64,000 nucleotides of DNA from NCBI GenBank assembly GCA_963734495.1, contig CAVTHK010000001.1, positions 384,001 to 448,000 of the forward strand, given 5' to 3'. The position numbers and the translations under genes are program-made. Positions 12,575-21,441 of this stretch are shown here, piece after piece (the stretch's first letter is position 1; each line of letters begins with the position of its first letter). This DNA is from an uncultured Spirochaetota bacterium. GTDB lineage: Bacteria > Spirochaetota > Spirochaetia > SZUA-6 > CAVTHK01. The notes below the pieces were generated by a model. The model had not been told where the DNA came from, made no database searches, and saw only the letters and a list, made by a program, of their open reading frames with translations.

Positions 12575-14134
12575 TCAGGGCGCGCGTTCCTCCTGCGGCA
12601 CGGGCCTCTTCTCGACAAGCAGGGCGGACAGCACCGCCGCGACCGCGGCCAGCCCTCCGCACAGCAGCATCATCAGCCGGTAGGTGTCCACGAACGAGCT
12701 GCGCAGGACGAGCGCGACCTGGGGCCGCAGCTCCACGGGCACGCTGTCGGGCACCGCCGCCTGGCCGAGCCCGGCGGTCTGCGCCTCGAGATCAGCGCGC
12801 GCCTGGGCCGGGAGGACGAGCTGCGCGGAGCGCTCCCGCACCGAGCCGCCGAACGCGAACAGGGCGGCCGAGCCCAGGATGGCGATGGCGAGGACGCCCC
12901 CGATGCGCGAGGTGGCGTTGTTGATCCCCGACGCGATCCCCGCAAAGCGGTCCGCCACGGAGCTCATCACGGCGGCCGTCAGCGGCGCGACGGTGATCCC
13001 CATCCCGACCCCTGCCAGGAGAACTATGGGGAAGAAGGTGCTCCAGTACTGCGAGGGGCCTTTCGTCATCCCGATGAGGGAGAACAGCGAGAACGCGACG
13101 GCAACCACGGCCGGGCCGACCAGCAGCGGGACGCGCGGGCCCACGCGGTCGACGAGCCTTCCCGACCACCGCGAGATCGCGGCGAGCACGATGATAAACG
13201 GCAGCGAGGCGAGGCCCGCGACCGACTCGCGGTACCCCTGCCCCTGGATGAGGTTCAGGTTGAAGAAGACGCTGTACTCGTACAGCCCGCCGTAGAGAAA
13301 GAACGTGAGGAGGTTGGTCCCCGCGAAGGTGCGCGAGCGGAAGAGCCGCGGCGGGACCATGGGGTGCGCACGCCGCAGCTCGACCACGACGAAACCGGCC
13401 GTCGCCGCGCAGCCGACCGCGAGAGCGGCGATGACGCGGACATCCGAGAAACCGGTCCTCGGCGCGGACGTGAAGCCATAGGCGAGCCCGGCGAGGCCCG
13501 CCGTGACGAGGGCGGTCCCTGCCCAGTCGATGCCGCCGGCGGGCGCCTCGCTCCGGCTCTCAGGGACCCGGAGCCGCAGCACTATCAGGGCCGCGGCCGC
13601 CACGGGGAGATTCGCGAGGAAGATCACGCGCCACAGCCCCGCCTCCGCCAGCAGTCCGCCGACGAAAGGACCCGCGAGCAGCGCGATCGTCGTGACCGCG
13701 GCCCACGTTCCGAATGCCGCGCCCCTGCGCCGGGGCGGAAACGAGGCGGTGATGAGGGCGAGGCTTCCCGGGATCATCAGGGCGCCGCTCAGGCCCTGCA
13801 GCGAGCGGGCGGCGATGAGCGAGACGGACCCGGGGGCAAGGCCGCACGCGAGCGATGCGACGGCGTAGAGGCCGATGCCCGCCGCGAACACCCGCTTGCG
13901 GCCGAGCCGGTCGCCGAGCGACCCGCCCGCGAGGATGAGGGCGGCGAGGAGCAGCCCGTAGCTGTTGACCACCCAGAGCAGCTGGGCCCCGCTTGCCTTG
14001 AGCTCCGACTGGATCGCCGGCAGCGCGACGTTGAGCGCGCTCTGGTTCACGAAATCCATCGATGACGCGATGATGGTCGCGACCAGCACCCAGCGCCTGG
14101 CCGCCGCGGCGGCCCTGTCATCAGCGGCTTCCAC
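12575..14134 (-). CDS. MFS drug:H+ antiporter (DHA2, EmrB/QacA-like)
   Basis: NVALPAIQ, GSLGDRLGRKR, GPFVGG, WRVIFLANLP, ASGINN; about 14 TMs. Confidence 0.9.
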   Translation of the reverse strand: MEAADDRAAAAARRWVLVATIIASSMDFVNQSALNVALPAIQSELKASGAQLLWVVNSYGLLLAALILAGGSLGDRLGRKRVFAAGIGLYAVASLACGLAPGSVSLIAARSLQGLSGALMIPGSLALITASFPPRRRGAAFGTWAAVTTIALLAGPFVGGLLAEAGLWRVIFLANLPVAAAALIVLRLRVPESRSEAPAGGIDWAGTALVTAGLAGLAYGFTSAPRTGFSDVRVIAALAVGCAATAGFVVVELRRAHPMVPPRLFRSRTFAGTNLLTFFLYGGLYEYSVFFNLNLIQGQGYRESVAGLASLPFIIVLAAISRWSGRLVDRVGPRVPLLVGPAVVAVAFSLFSLIGMTKGPSQYWSTFFPIVLLAGVGMGITVAPLTAAVMSSVADRFAGIASGINNATSRIGGVLAIAILGSAALFAFGGSVRERSAQLVLPAQARADLEAQTAGLGQAAVPDSVPVELRPQVALVLRSSFVDTYRLMMLLCGGLAAVAAVLSALLVEKRPVPQEERAP

Positions 14135-14145
14135 TGGCTTCCCTT

Positions 14146-14940
14146 TCAATTCTCCGCGCGCAGGACGCGGACTGAGACGGGGGCGCTGCGCCCCTTGAGA
14201 GCCAGGACTCTCTGCTCGAGACCGCCGGCGGCGACCGCCGCATGCTCCAGGGCCTCCTCGGACACGAGCAACTCGCCGGGGCCTGCCACTGAGGCGAGGC
14301 GCGCTGTGGTGTTCACCGCGTCGCCGAGAGCCGTGAACTCGACCATCCCGCCGCGCGACCCGACGGATCCCACGAACGCCACGCCCTTGTGCACCCCGAT
14401 CCCGGTCGGAATCTGTTCGCGGCGGGTCGCCGCGAGCAGGGCTCGGGCCGCCTGGATCGCCTTCTCGGTGTAGCTCGCACCCGCAAACCCGGGGACGTAG
14501 AGCGCCGAGACCTCGTCGCCGGCAAGCTTCTCGATCCACGCGTCGCTGCGGACGAGGATGTCGGTGGCCACCCGGTAGAAGCGGTCGATCAGCGCCCGAA
14601 AGGCAGCGTCGCCGAGCCTCTCCGCCATGCCGGTCGACCCGCGGATGTCGGCGAACAGCATGGCGAGGTCGACCTGGGCGCCGCCGGGGTGTTTTCGCGC
14701 GAAGACCTCGCAGTCGTTGCAGACCGTCGGGTTGTACGTCGACGGGGCCTTGCCCAGAAGCGTCCTCATCACGGCTCCCCCGACGCCCCTGAACGGCGCG
14801 TAGCATATGCGGCAGCGCGGATCGCTCGGGATGTGCCGCACCAGCCGCCTGAACCGCCGCATGTCCTTGTGCTCCCGCCCGGTGGTGAGGACCTCGCGCC
14901 AGGCGACGTCGAGCTGTTCGCGGTCTTGCCTACCCGGCAA
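14146..14940 (-). CDS. Class III adenylate/guanylate cyclase with N-terminal four-Cys (CxxC...CxxC) module
   Basis: FADIRGST, EKLAGDEV, GIGVHKG, FTALGDAVNTTARL; N-terminal CRIC and CNDC. Confidence 0.88.
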   Translation of the reverse strand: MPGRQDREQLDVAWREVLTTGREHKDMRRFRRLVRHIPSDPRCRICYAPFRGVGGAVMRTLLGKAPSTYNPTVCNDCEVFARKHPGGAQVDLAMLFADIRGSTGMAERLGDAAFRALIDRFYRVATDILVRSDAWIEKLAGDEVSALYVPGFAGASYTEKAIQAARALLAATRREQIPTGIGVHKGVAFVGSVGSRGGMVEFTALGDAVNTTARLASVAGPGELLVSEEALEHAAVAAGGLEQRVLALKGRSAPVSVRVLRAEN

Positions 14941-16360
14941 CCTTCGCCTCCTCGGACCGGGCCTTCTCGAAGTCGATCGGGAGCCGGACGGTAAAGATCG
15001 TCTCGCCCGGCCTCGACCTGAAGTCGATCGAGCCGCCGTGCCTGCGCACGATCTTGTAGGCCGTGCTCAGCCCGAGGCCCGTTCCCTTGCCCTGCGGCTT
15101 GGTCGTGAAGAACAGCGTGAACACGCGGGGCCGCAGCGTTTCGGGGATGCCCGGCCCGTCGTCCTGGACCTCGACGATCACCCACGCCTCCTCGCTACGG
15201 GTCCGGAGCGTGATCCGGCCGCGGCCCGCCATGGCGTCGGCTGCGTTGTCGATCAGGTTGGTCCACACCTGGTTCAGCTCGCTGCCATAGGCAGAGACGC
15301 GCGGGAGCCCGGGAGCGAAGTCCCGCGTGACCTCGATCCCTGCCTTGAGCTTGTGCCTGAGGATGACCAGCGTGTCTTCCAGCCCTTCGTGGATGTCCAC
15401 CGCCTGCACCGGCCCCTGGTCCAGGTACACGTAGCTCTTCATCGCGCGGACGATGCTCGCGATCTCGCGCGCCCCGCGGCCGATCTCGTCGAGCAGGGAC
15501 TGCAGGGTGGCGGAGGCGCAGATGAGCGGCAGGAGGCCCGCGAGCTGGGTCGTCGAGAAGACGCCCGCCATCGCCTGGAGCCCGGCCGCGTCGTAGCCCA
15601 CCGCGGCGAGCTCCGCGGCCAGCACGCCGCGGCCCGCGATCCCCTGCTTCGCGAGCCAGCGCTCGATCGCCTCCTCGCGATCGCTGCGCGCGAGGGCGCC
15701 TTCGGAGACGGCCGGCGGCATGCTCTTCTCAAACCGCCGCGCCAGCTCCTCGAACTGCACGGGGGAAAGACCGAGGTGCGCGACCACGGCCGGGCCCTGC
15801 AGCAGCACCGGAAGCGCCAGCCGCATCTGGTCGGCGCCCCGCACGACCGCGGCGGCGGGATTGTTCAGCTCGTGCGCCAGCCCCGCGGTAAAGACGCCGA
15901 GCTGCGCCATCTTCTCGCTCTGCCGCAGCGCCGCCTCGGTCTCGCGCAGGCGGTCCATGCTGGTGCACACCATCGCGCGCGCGGCCGACGGGCTGGAGCC
16001 CAGGAGGTCGTCGAGCTGATCGCGGCCGATGGCCAGGGCGACGACGGGAGTCGCCGCGCGGGCCGTGGCCATGCGCGGCGACTGCTCGAGCAGCGCCATC
16101 TCGCCGATGACCTCGCCCCTGCCGCGCGTCGCGAGCAGGATCTCACGGCCGTCGGAGAACCGGCTGATCTCGATCTTGCCGTCCTCGATCACGTACGCGT
16201 AATCGCCGGGATCACCCTGGTGAAAGAGCTGCTCGCCGGCTGCCAGCTCGAGGCGCCTGGCCACCCCGACGAGGCGCTGCAGGTCTTGGGCCGAGAGGTC
16301 CGAGAACAGCGGGATCCCGCGCAGGAAATCGAAGGCGCCGCCGCGCGCTGCGGTCGTCAT
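14930..16360 (-). CDS. Cyclic-nucleotide-binding sensor histidine kinase (soluble)
   Basis: cNMP domain with GEMALL...PRMATARA; H-box AHELNNP; NQVWTNLIDNA, DDGPG, FFTTK, GTGLGL. Confidence 0.9.
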   Translation of the reverse strand: MTTAARGGAFDFLRGIPLFSDLSAQDLQRLVGVARRLELAAGEQLFHQGDPGDYAYVIEDGKIEISRFSDGREILLATRGRGEVIGEMALLEQSPRMATARAATPVVALAIGRDQLDDLLGSSPSAARAMVCTSMDRLRETEAALRQSEKMAQLGVFTAGLAHELNNPAAAVVRGADQMRLALPVLLQGPAVVAHLGLSPVQFEELARRFEKSMPPAVSEGALARSDREEAIERWLAKQGIAGRGVLAAELAAVGYDAAGLQAMAGVFSTTQLAGLLPLICASATLQSLLDEIGRGAREIASIVRAMKSYVYLDQGPVQAVDIHEGLEDTLVILRHKLKAGIEVTRDFAPGLPRVSAYGSELNQVWTNLIDNAADAMAGRGRITLRTRSEEAWVIVEVQDDGPGIPETLRPRVFTLFFTTKPQGKGTGLGLSTAYKIVRRHGGSIDFRSRPGETIFTVRLPIDFEKARSEEAKVAG

Positions 16361-18012
16361 ACCGACTTGAGGTACTGGTGGATCTGGGCCACGACCGCGG
16401 AGCTATCGCCGACCGCGGCGCCGACGCGCTTGACCGAGGCGGCGCGCACGTCGCCGGCGGCAAAGACGCCCGGGACGCTCGTCTCCATCATGTAGGGGTC
16501 CCGGTCCAGCGTCCACCCTTTCGGCCTGCGTCCCTCCGCCAGCAGGTCCCGCCCCGTGACGATGAACCCGGCACGATCGCGCTCGACCATGCCGTCCAGC
16601 ATGTCCGTATGCGCGGCGGCCCCGATGTAGATGTACAGTGCGGCCACCGGGATCTCCCTCGAGGGGCCGCCGCCGCGATCGGCTACGACGACGGACTCGA
16701 GGTGCGACTCGCCGCGGGCCTCGCCGATCTCCGCGCGCAGCAGCACTTCGATGTTGAGGCTCGCGCCGATCTGCTCGACGAGGTAATGGGACATGCCGGC
16801 ATCGAGCGACTCGCCGCGCACGACGAGGAAGACCTTGCGGGCAAAGCGGGAGAGGAACATCGCGCCCTGTCCCGCGGAATTGGCCCCGCCGACCACCATC
16901 ACGTCCTCGCCCCGCGCGTGGACGGCCTCGGTCGTGGCTGCGCCGTAGTAGATCCCCGCGCCGGTCAGGCGCTCGATTCCCGGCGCCTCCAGCTTGCGCA
17001 CGGACACCCCCGTGGAAACCACCACGACGTGGGAGCTGAGCTCCGTGCCGCCCTTGAGGCTCACGTACCGGTAGTTGTCCTCGGAGCGCAGCCCTTGGAC
17101 CTCGCCGATCAGGATCTCCACGCCAAAGCGTTTCGCCTGGGTCGTGGCGCGGCGGGCCAGGTCCGACCCGCTCACGCCCCGGGGGAACCCGAGGTAGTTC
17201 TCGATGAGGGCGCTGGTGCCGGCCTGGCCGCCGGTGGCTTCCTTCTCGACGAGCACCGTGCTCAGGCCCTCCGAGGCGGCGTAGACCGCCGCCCCGAGCC
17301 CGGCGGGACCGGCGCCGATGATGATCACGTCGTAGAAGGGCCGCGCCGCCGCCGTCTGCAGCCCCACCTTTGCTGCGATCTCCTGCTGGCCCGGGTCTGC
17401 GAGCGAGGAGCCGTCAGGAAACACAAGGACCGGCAGCCGCGGCTCCCCCTGAATCGACCGGAGGAGGCGCTTTCCCTCCTCGTCCTTCTCGACGTCCAGC
17501 CAGGCATAGGGGATCTGGTTGCGGCTGAGGAAGTCCTTGATGTCGTGGCTCCTGGCCGACCAGGGGGTCCCGAGGACCCGGATGCCTTCGTAGGGGGGGC
17601 GGTGAGCGGCAGTCCAGTCGGAGAGCAGGTCCTCGAGCACCGGGTAGAGCTCCCGCTCCGGGGGGTCCCACGGCTTCATCAGGTAGTGATCGAGCCCGAG
17701 CTTGTTGATGCTGGTGATCGCGGCCTGCGTGTCCGCGTACGCCGTGAGGAGGACCCGCTTGGCCTCGGGGAAGATCCCGATCGCCTCGCCGATCAGCTCC
17801 GTGCCGCTCATCCCCGGCATCCGCTGGTCGGCGACCAGGAGCGCTACCCGCGCCGCGCGCCGCTTGAGCTCCCGCAGAACCTCCATCGCCTCGGCTCCGC
17901 TCGACGCCTTGACGATCCTGTAGCTCGACGCGAAGCGCGCGCGCAGGTCGCGTTCCACGGCGCTCAGGACATCGGGCTCATCGTCCACCGCGAGAATGAC
18001 AGGCTTGCCCAT
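16357..18012 (-). CDS. Fused response-regulator receiver / glutaredoxin-like / thioredoxin-reductase-like flavoprotein
   Basis: Receiver AVDDE...DQRMP...MKP; GAGPAG, GGQ...IENYLGFP, GGANSA, TSVPGVFAAGD; no cysteine in the protein. Confidence 0.9.
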   Translation of the reverse strand: MGKPVILAVDDEPDVLSAVERDLRARFASSYRIVKASSGAEAMEVLRELKRRAARVALLVADQRMPGMSGTELIGEAIGIFPEAKRVLLTAYADTQAAITSINKLGLDHYLMKPWDPPERELYPVLEDLLSDWTAAHRPPYEGIRVLGTPWSARSHDIKDFLSRNQIPYAWLDVEKDEEGKRLLRSIQGEPRLPVLVFPDGSSLADPGQQEIAAKVGLQTAAARPFYDVIIIGAGPAGLGAAVYAASEGLSTVLVEKEATGGQAGTSALIENYLGFPRGVSGSDLARRATTQAKRFGVEILIGEVQGLRSEDNYRYVSLKGGTELSSHVVVVSTGVSVRKLEAPGIERLTGAGIYYGAATTEAVHARGEDVMVVGGANSAGQGAMFLSRFARKVFLVVRGESLDAGMSHYLVEQIGASLNIEVLLRAEIGEARGESHLESVVVADRGGGPSREIPVAALYIYIGAAAHTDMLDGMVERDRAGFIVTGRDLLAEGRRPKGWTLDRDPYMMETSVPGVFAAGDVRAASVKRVGAAVGDSSAVVAQIHQYLKSV

Positions 18013-18029
18013 TCGTTCCCCCTGGCGGA

Positions 18030-18085
18030 ATACATGAGTAGTTTTATCAACAAAGTAGCATAAGCAATGGCCCGGACGCAGTCAA
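18030..18085 (-). promoter_or_regulatory. Sigma70 promoter with AT-rich putative operator
   Basis: Minus strand TTGACT(18085-18080)-17 nt-TATGCT(18062-18057), then TTTGTTGATAAAACTACTCATGTAT. Confidence 0.6.
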
Positions 18086-18161
18086 ATGCGGTACGGGGCG
18101 CCGGTGCAGCGGGGGCGCGAGGCAGCGAGTTGCGCCGCCCCACCGTCGGCCGCGACAGCGC

Positions 18162-19187
18162 TTACGGCTCGGCGACCCGCACCGGCTGACCCTGCCGGAT
18201 GGAGCGCTGGATCGCGGCGCTGATCCGCACGATCTTCAGCCCGTGCTCGGCGCCGGGCTCGGGTTTCCTGCCGTTCCGCAGGGCATCGACGAACTGCTCG
18301 AGGCAGAAGGCGATCCCGCCCCTCACCCGCCCGTCGATCTCCAGCGTGAGCGAGACCTTGGGGAACTCGTACTTGTCCTGCGTGGCGACCTTGACGCCCT
18401 CGTGGATGCGGTCCACGTGGATGGAGCCCTTCTCCCCTACGATCTCGATAAAGGAGTCGGTCACCGTGGGCATGGTGTTCGGCAGCACCCAGCAGGACTC
18501 GAAAGTCCCGATCGCCCCGCTGGAGAAGCGGACCAGCGCCTGGATGGCGTCTTCGGTGTCGATGCCCCGCGCCTTGAGCACCTCCTTGACCCCCAGGGCG
18601 TAGACCGACTCCACGTCCGTGTCCAGCCACCACAGCACGAGGTCGATGTCGTGCGTCGAAAGGTAGCTCGCCGACGAGGTCGAGGCGGTCCAGCCCATCA
18701 TCTCCGTCGCGGCCCAGATCGCGTCGTCCTTCCGCGCGTACACCATCAGAGGCTTGCCGATCTCTCCCGAGGCGATGACCGCGCGGGCGTGCGCATAGGG
18801 CGCCGCCCACCTGTGCGTGTAGTTCACCATCACGTGCCGGCCCGCGCGCTTCGACGCCTCGACGATCGCGAGAGCATCCTCCACGGTGGTGGCCAGCGGC
18901 TTCTCCACGAGCACGTGCTTGCCCGCCTGCAGGGCGTCGAGCACGGGCCGGACGTGGAGGTGATCGGGCGTCGCGATGTGAATCGCGTCGATCTCCGCGA
19001 GCTCCAGCATCCGGCGGTAGTCGGCAAACGCGCGGGCGCCATGCCTGCCCGCGGCCGCCTCGGCCTTCTTCTGGTCGACGTCCGCCACCGCGAGGAGCTT
19101 TGCGTGCTCGAGCTCTGAGTAGATGCGCGCGTGCTGCGACCCCATGATCCCGGCCCCGACGATCCCGATCGTCACCCTGTCCTTCAT
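18162..19187 (-). CDS. Gfo/Idh/MocA family oxidoreductase
   Basis: GIVGAGIMG, ATPDHLH, GKHVLVEKP, HDID. Confidence 0.92.
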   Translation of the reverse strand: MKDRVTIGIVGAGIMGSQHARIYSELEHAKLLAVADVDQKKAEAAAGRHGARAFADYRRMLELAEIDAIHIATPDHLHVRPVLDALQAGKHVLVEKPLATTVEDALAIVEASKRAGRHVMVNYTHRWAAPYAHARAVIASGEIGKPLMVYARKDDAIWAATEMMGWTASTSSASYLSTHDIDLVLWWLDTDVESVYALGVKEVLKARGIDTEDAIQALVRFSSGAIGTFESCWVLPNTMPTVTDSFIEIVGEKGSIHVDRIHEGVKVATQDKYEFPKVSLTLEIDGRVRGGIAFCLEQFVDALRNGRKPEPGAEHGLKIVRISAAIQRSIRQGQPVRVAEP

Positions 19188-19266
19188 CTTGTTTCTCCGC
19201 CGAGCAGATTCGCGAGACTCCCCCTCACGCCGCCGTCAAAGACCGAGCGGCGCTCTGCGCCGCCCT

Positions 19267-20577
19267 TCAGGCTGCGCGGCGGGCGTTGGCGAGGGCGACC
19301 TTACGGAACGCCTCGGCGTACTGGCGGATCATCTCCTCCCGGTCGTGTTTGAACCAGGGCACGGAGAAGCAGATGCTGTCGATGGCCTCCGAAACGGGAA
19401 GCGTGCCTTTGCCCTGGCGAACGTCGCGCTGGCCGAATGCGATCATCGTGGGCGTGCCCTGGTGAAAGAGGTCGGCCGTGTGGAAGACCGGATGGAGGTG
19501 CAAAGGGAAGTTCGCGCCCTGGTAGCAGCCGGACCAGCCTTCGGCTCTCACGGCTTCGCAGAAGCTGTCGATCGGCAGGCCGCCGAGCTCCTCGCCGACG
19601 TAGAGCCCTTGAGGAAAGTACCATCCTCCCATCGTGGAGCCCGAGCCTTTCCCGGTGCGATGGGGCCGTATCCCCGGCACGCCCTCCAGCATGTCCCAGA
19701 AGCGGTTCATGGCCCTCTGGATCTCGGCGATGCGCTCGGGGTAGTGCCTGAGCTGAACGCGACCCATGGCCGCGCAGGTCTGATTCAAGCGGTTCTTGTA
19801 GCCGCCGAGCGGGACGCCGCGGTACTCGACGAGGTCGGGAAGCGTGATCTGGTCGTCGGGCGGGTTCCAGCGGGTGCGAAATCCCGTCCGCTCGTAGTGC
19901 CCGTAGGCCACGCAGCGCTCGTACAGGGACCGGTCGTCGGTGACGATCATGCCGCCCTCGCCGATGGAGAGGCTCTTGCCCGACATCATGCTGAAGGCGC
20001 CAATATCCCCGATCGTGCCGCACATCCGGCCGCGGGAGAGCGAGCCCTGCGCGTGCGAAGCGTCCTCGATGACCCGCACGCCGTGCCTCCGCGCGATCCG
20101 CATGATCTCGTCCATCGGGCAGGGATGGCCCGCGTAGTGCACGACCATGATCGCGCGAGTCCGGTCCGAGATGCGGTGCTCGATGTCCGCGGGGTCGATG
20201 CAGAGAGTGCGAGGGTCGATGTCCGCGAAATTGACCGCGGCGCCGAGCGTGAGCGCCGGCAGGGCGCTCGCCCAGTACGTCATGCTCGGGCAGATCACCT
20301 CGTCGCCGGCCCCCACCCCGCACGCCCAGTAGGCGGCCTTGAGCGCCGCCGTCCCGTTGGGGTGCGCGAGGGCGTGGCGCACGCCCATCCATTCCGCCAT
20401 CTCCTGCTCGAACCTTTTCGTGATCTCGGTGCCGCTCATCCTGCCCGAGCGCAGCACCTCGAGCACCGCTTCCTCGTCCTCGCGCGTGACGATGGGCCAC
20501 GTGAACAGGTCCCCGGGCGGCAACGTGACCGCCGGTCGTCCGCCGGAGAGGGCGGGTTTCGCACCTTTGTGTTCCAT
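19267..20577 (-). CDS. DegT/DnrJ/EryC1/StrS PLP-dependent aminotransferase
   Basis: NGTAAL, GDEVI, VHYAGHP, IEDASHAQG, FSMMSGK (PLP lysine), GEGG. Confidence 0.9.
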   Translation of the reverse strand: MEHKGAKPALSGGRPAVTLPPGDLFTWPIVTREDEEAVLEVLRSGRMSGTEITKRFEQEMAEWMGVRHALAHPNGTAALKAAYWACGVGAGDEVICPSMTYWASALPALTLGAAVNFADIDPRTLCIDPADIEHRISDRTRAIMVVHYAGHPCPMDEIMRIARRHGVRVIEDASHAQGSLSRGRMCGTIGDIGAFSMMSGKSLSIGEGGMIVTDDRSLYERCVAYGHYERTGFRTRWNPPDDQITLPDLVEYRGVPLGGYKNRLNQTCAAMGRVQLRHYPERIAEIQRAMNRFWDMLEGVPGIRPHRTGKGSGSTMGGWYFPQGLYVGEELGGLPIDSFCEAVRAEGWSGCYQGANFPLHLHPVFHTADLFHQGTPTMIAFGQRDVRQGKGTLPVSEAIDSICFSVPWFKHDREEMIRQYAEAFRKVALANARRAA

Positions 20578-20664
20578 AGATACGATGGATTGTAGCAGAA
20601 GAAGAGGCTCATGGCACTGCGGCCTGGCGCCCGGCGCCGGCCGCCCCGGCACCGCCGCCCGCCG

Positions 20665-21441
20665 TCAGTCGAGCACGGCCCAGGTCGCGATGGGGTGCGC
20701 CTTGCCCTTGATGGGGAGCGCGGGCATCGGGTCCATCCGGAACCGGCCGTCGAGGTGCCCGCGCACGTCCTCGGTCACGAGGATGTCGCGCTCGAGGTCG
20801 CGGGTGAGAGCCTCCACCCGCGCCGCGACGTTGACCGCATCGCCGATCACCGTGAACTCCAGGAGGCCGGCTCCTCCGAGGAGCCCGGCGACGGCGCTCC
20901 CGCAGTGGATCCCGATGCCGAAGCGGAGCTCCGGCCGCCCCAGCTCACGCAGCTTCGCGTTGTAGCGGCCGAGGGCCGCCCGCATCTCGACGGCCGCCTC
21001 GACCGCGTCCTGCACCTGCCACGGGTTGCGCTCCAGAGCCCCGAACACGCTCATGATCCCGTCACCCATGATCCTGGTCACGTGGCCATGATGCGAGCGG
21101 ATCACGCCGGACATCTCGCCGAAGTATCCGTCCAGCATCTCGATGACGACCCCGGGGTCGAGCTTTTCGCTGAGCTGCGTAAAGCCGCGGATGTCGGCGA
21201 ACATCACCGTGACATCGCGCCGGTCGCCGCCCGCGACGACGCCGTCCGAAGCGATCCGCTCGACGAGCACGGGAGGAGCAAACCGCGCAAAGGAGAGCTG
21301 GAGGCGCTGGAGCTCCTGCGAATCGTGCTCGACGCGCCGCCGGAGGACCGCGCACGTGCGCCGCAGCGCCGCGACCGCCGCGACGAGCGCCGTCACCGCG
21401 GCGAGCGCCACAGCAAGGATCAGCAGTTCCGTCCCGGTCAC
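20665..21441 (-). CDS. Class III adenylate/guanylate cyclase with single N-terminal TM helix
   Basis: VMFADIRGFT, MGDGIM, GIGIHCG, FTVIGDAVNVAARVE; GTGA overlap with upstream gene. Confidence 0.88.
   Translation of the reverse strand: MTGTELLILAVALAAVTALVAAVAALRRTCAVLRRRVEHDSQELQRLQLSFARFAPPVLVERIASDGVVAGGDRRDVTVMFADIRGFTQLSEKLDPGVVIEMLDGYFGEMSGVIRSHHGHVTRIMGDGIMSVFGALERNPWQVQDAVEAAVEMRAALGRYNAKLRELGRPELRFGIGIHCGSAVAGLLGGAGLLEFTVIGDAVNVAARVEALTRDLERDILVTEDVRGHLDGRFRMDPMPALPIKGKAHPIATWAVLD

Noticed and set aside
14146-16360. Cyclase plus cNMP-binding partner as a Pycsar-type antiphage system
   Set aside because: The partner is a histidine kinase, not a TIR or TM effector; the cyclase has Lys/Thr adenylate-type residues; no defence-island context.
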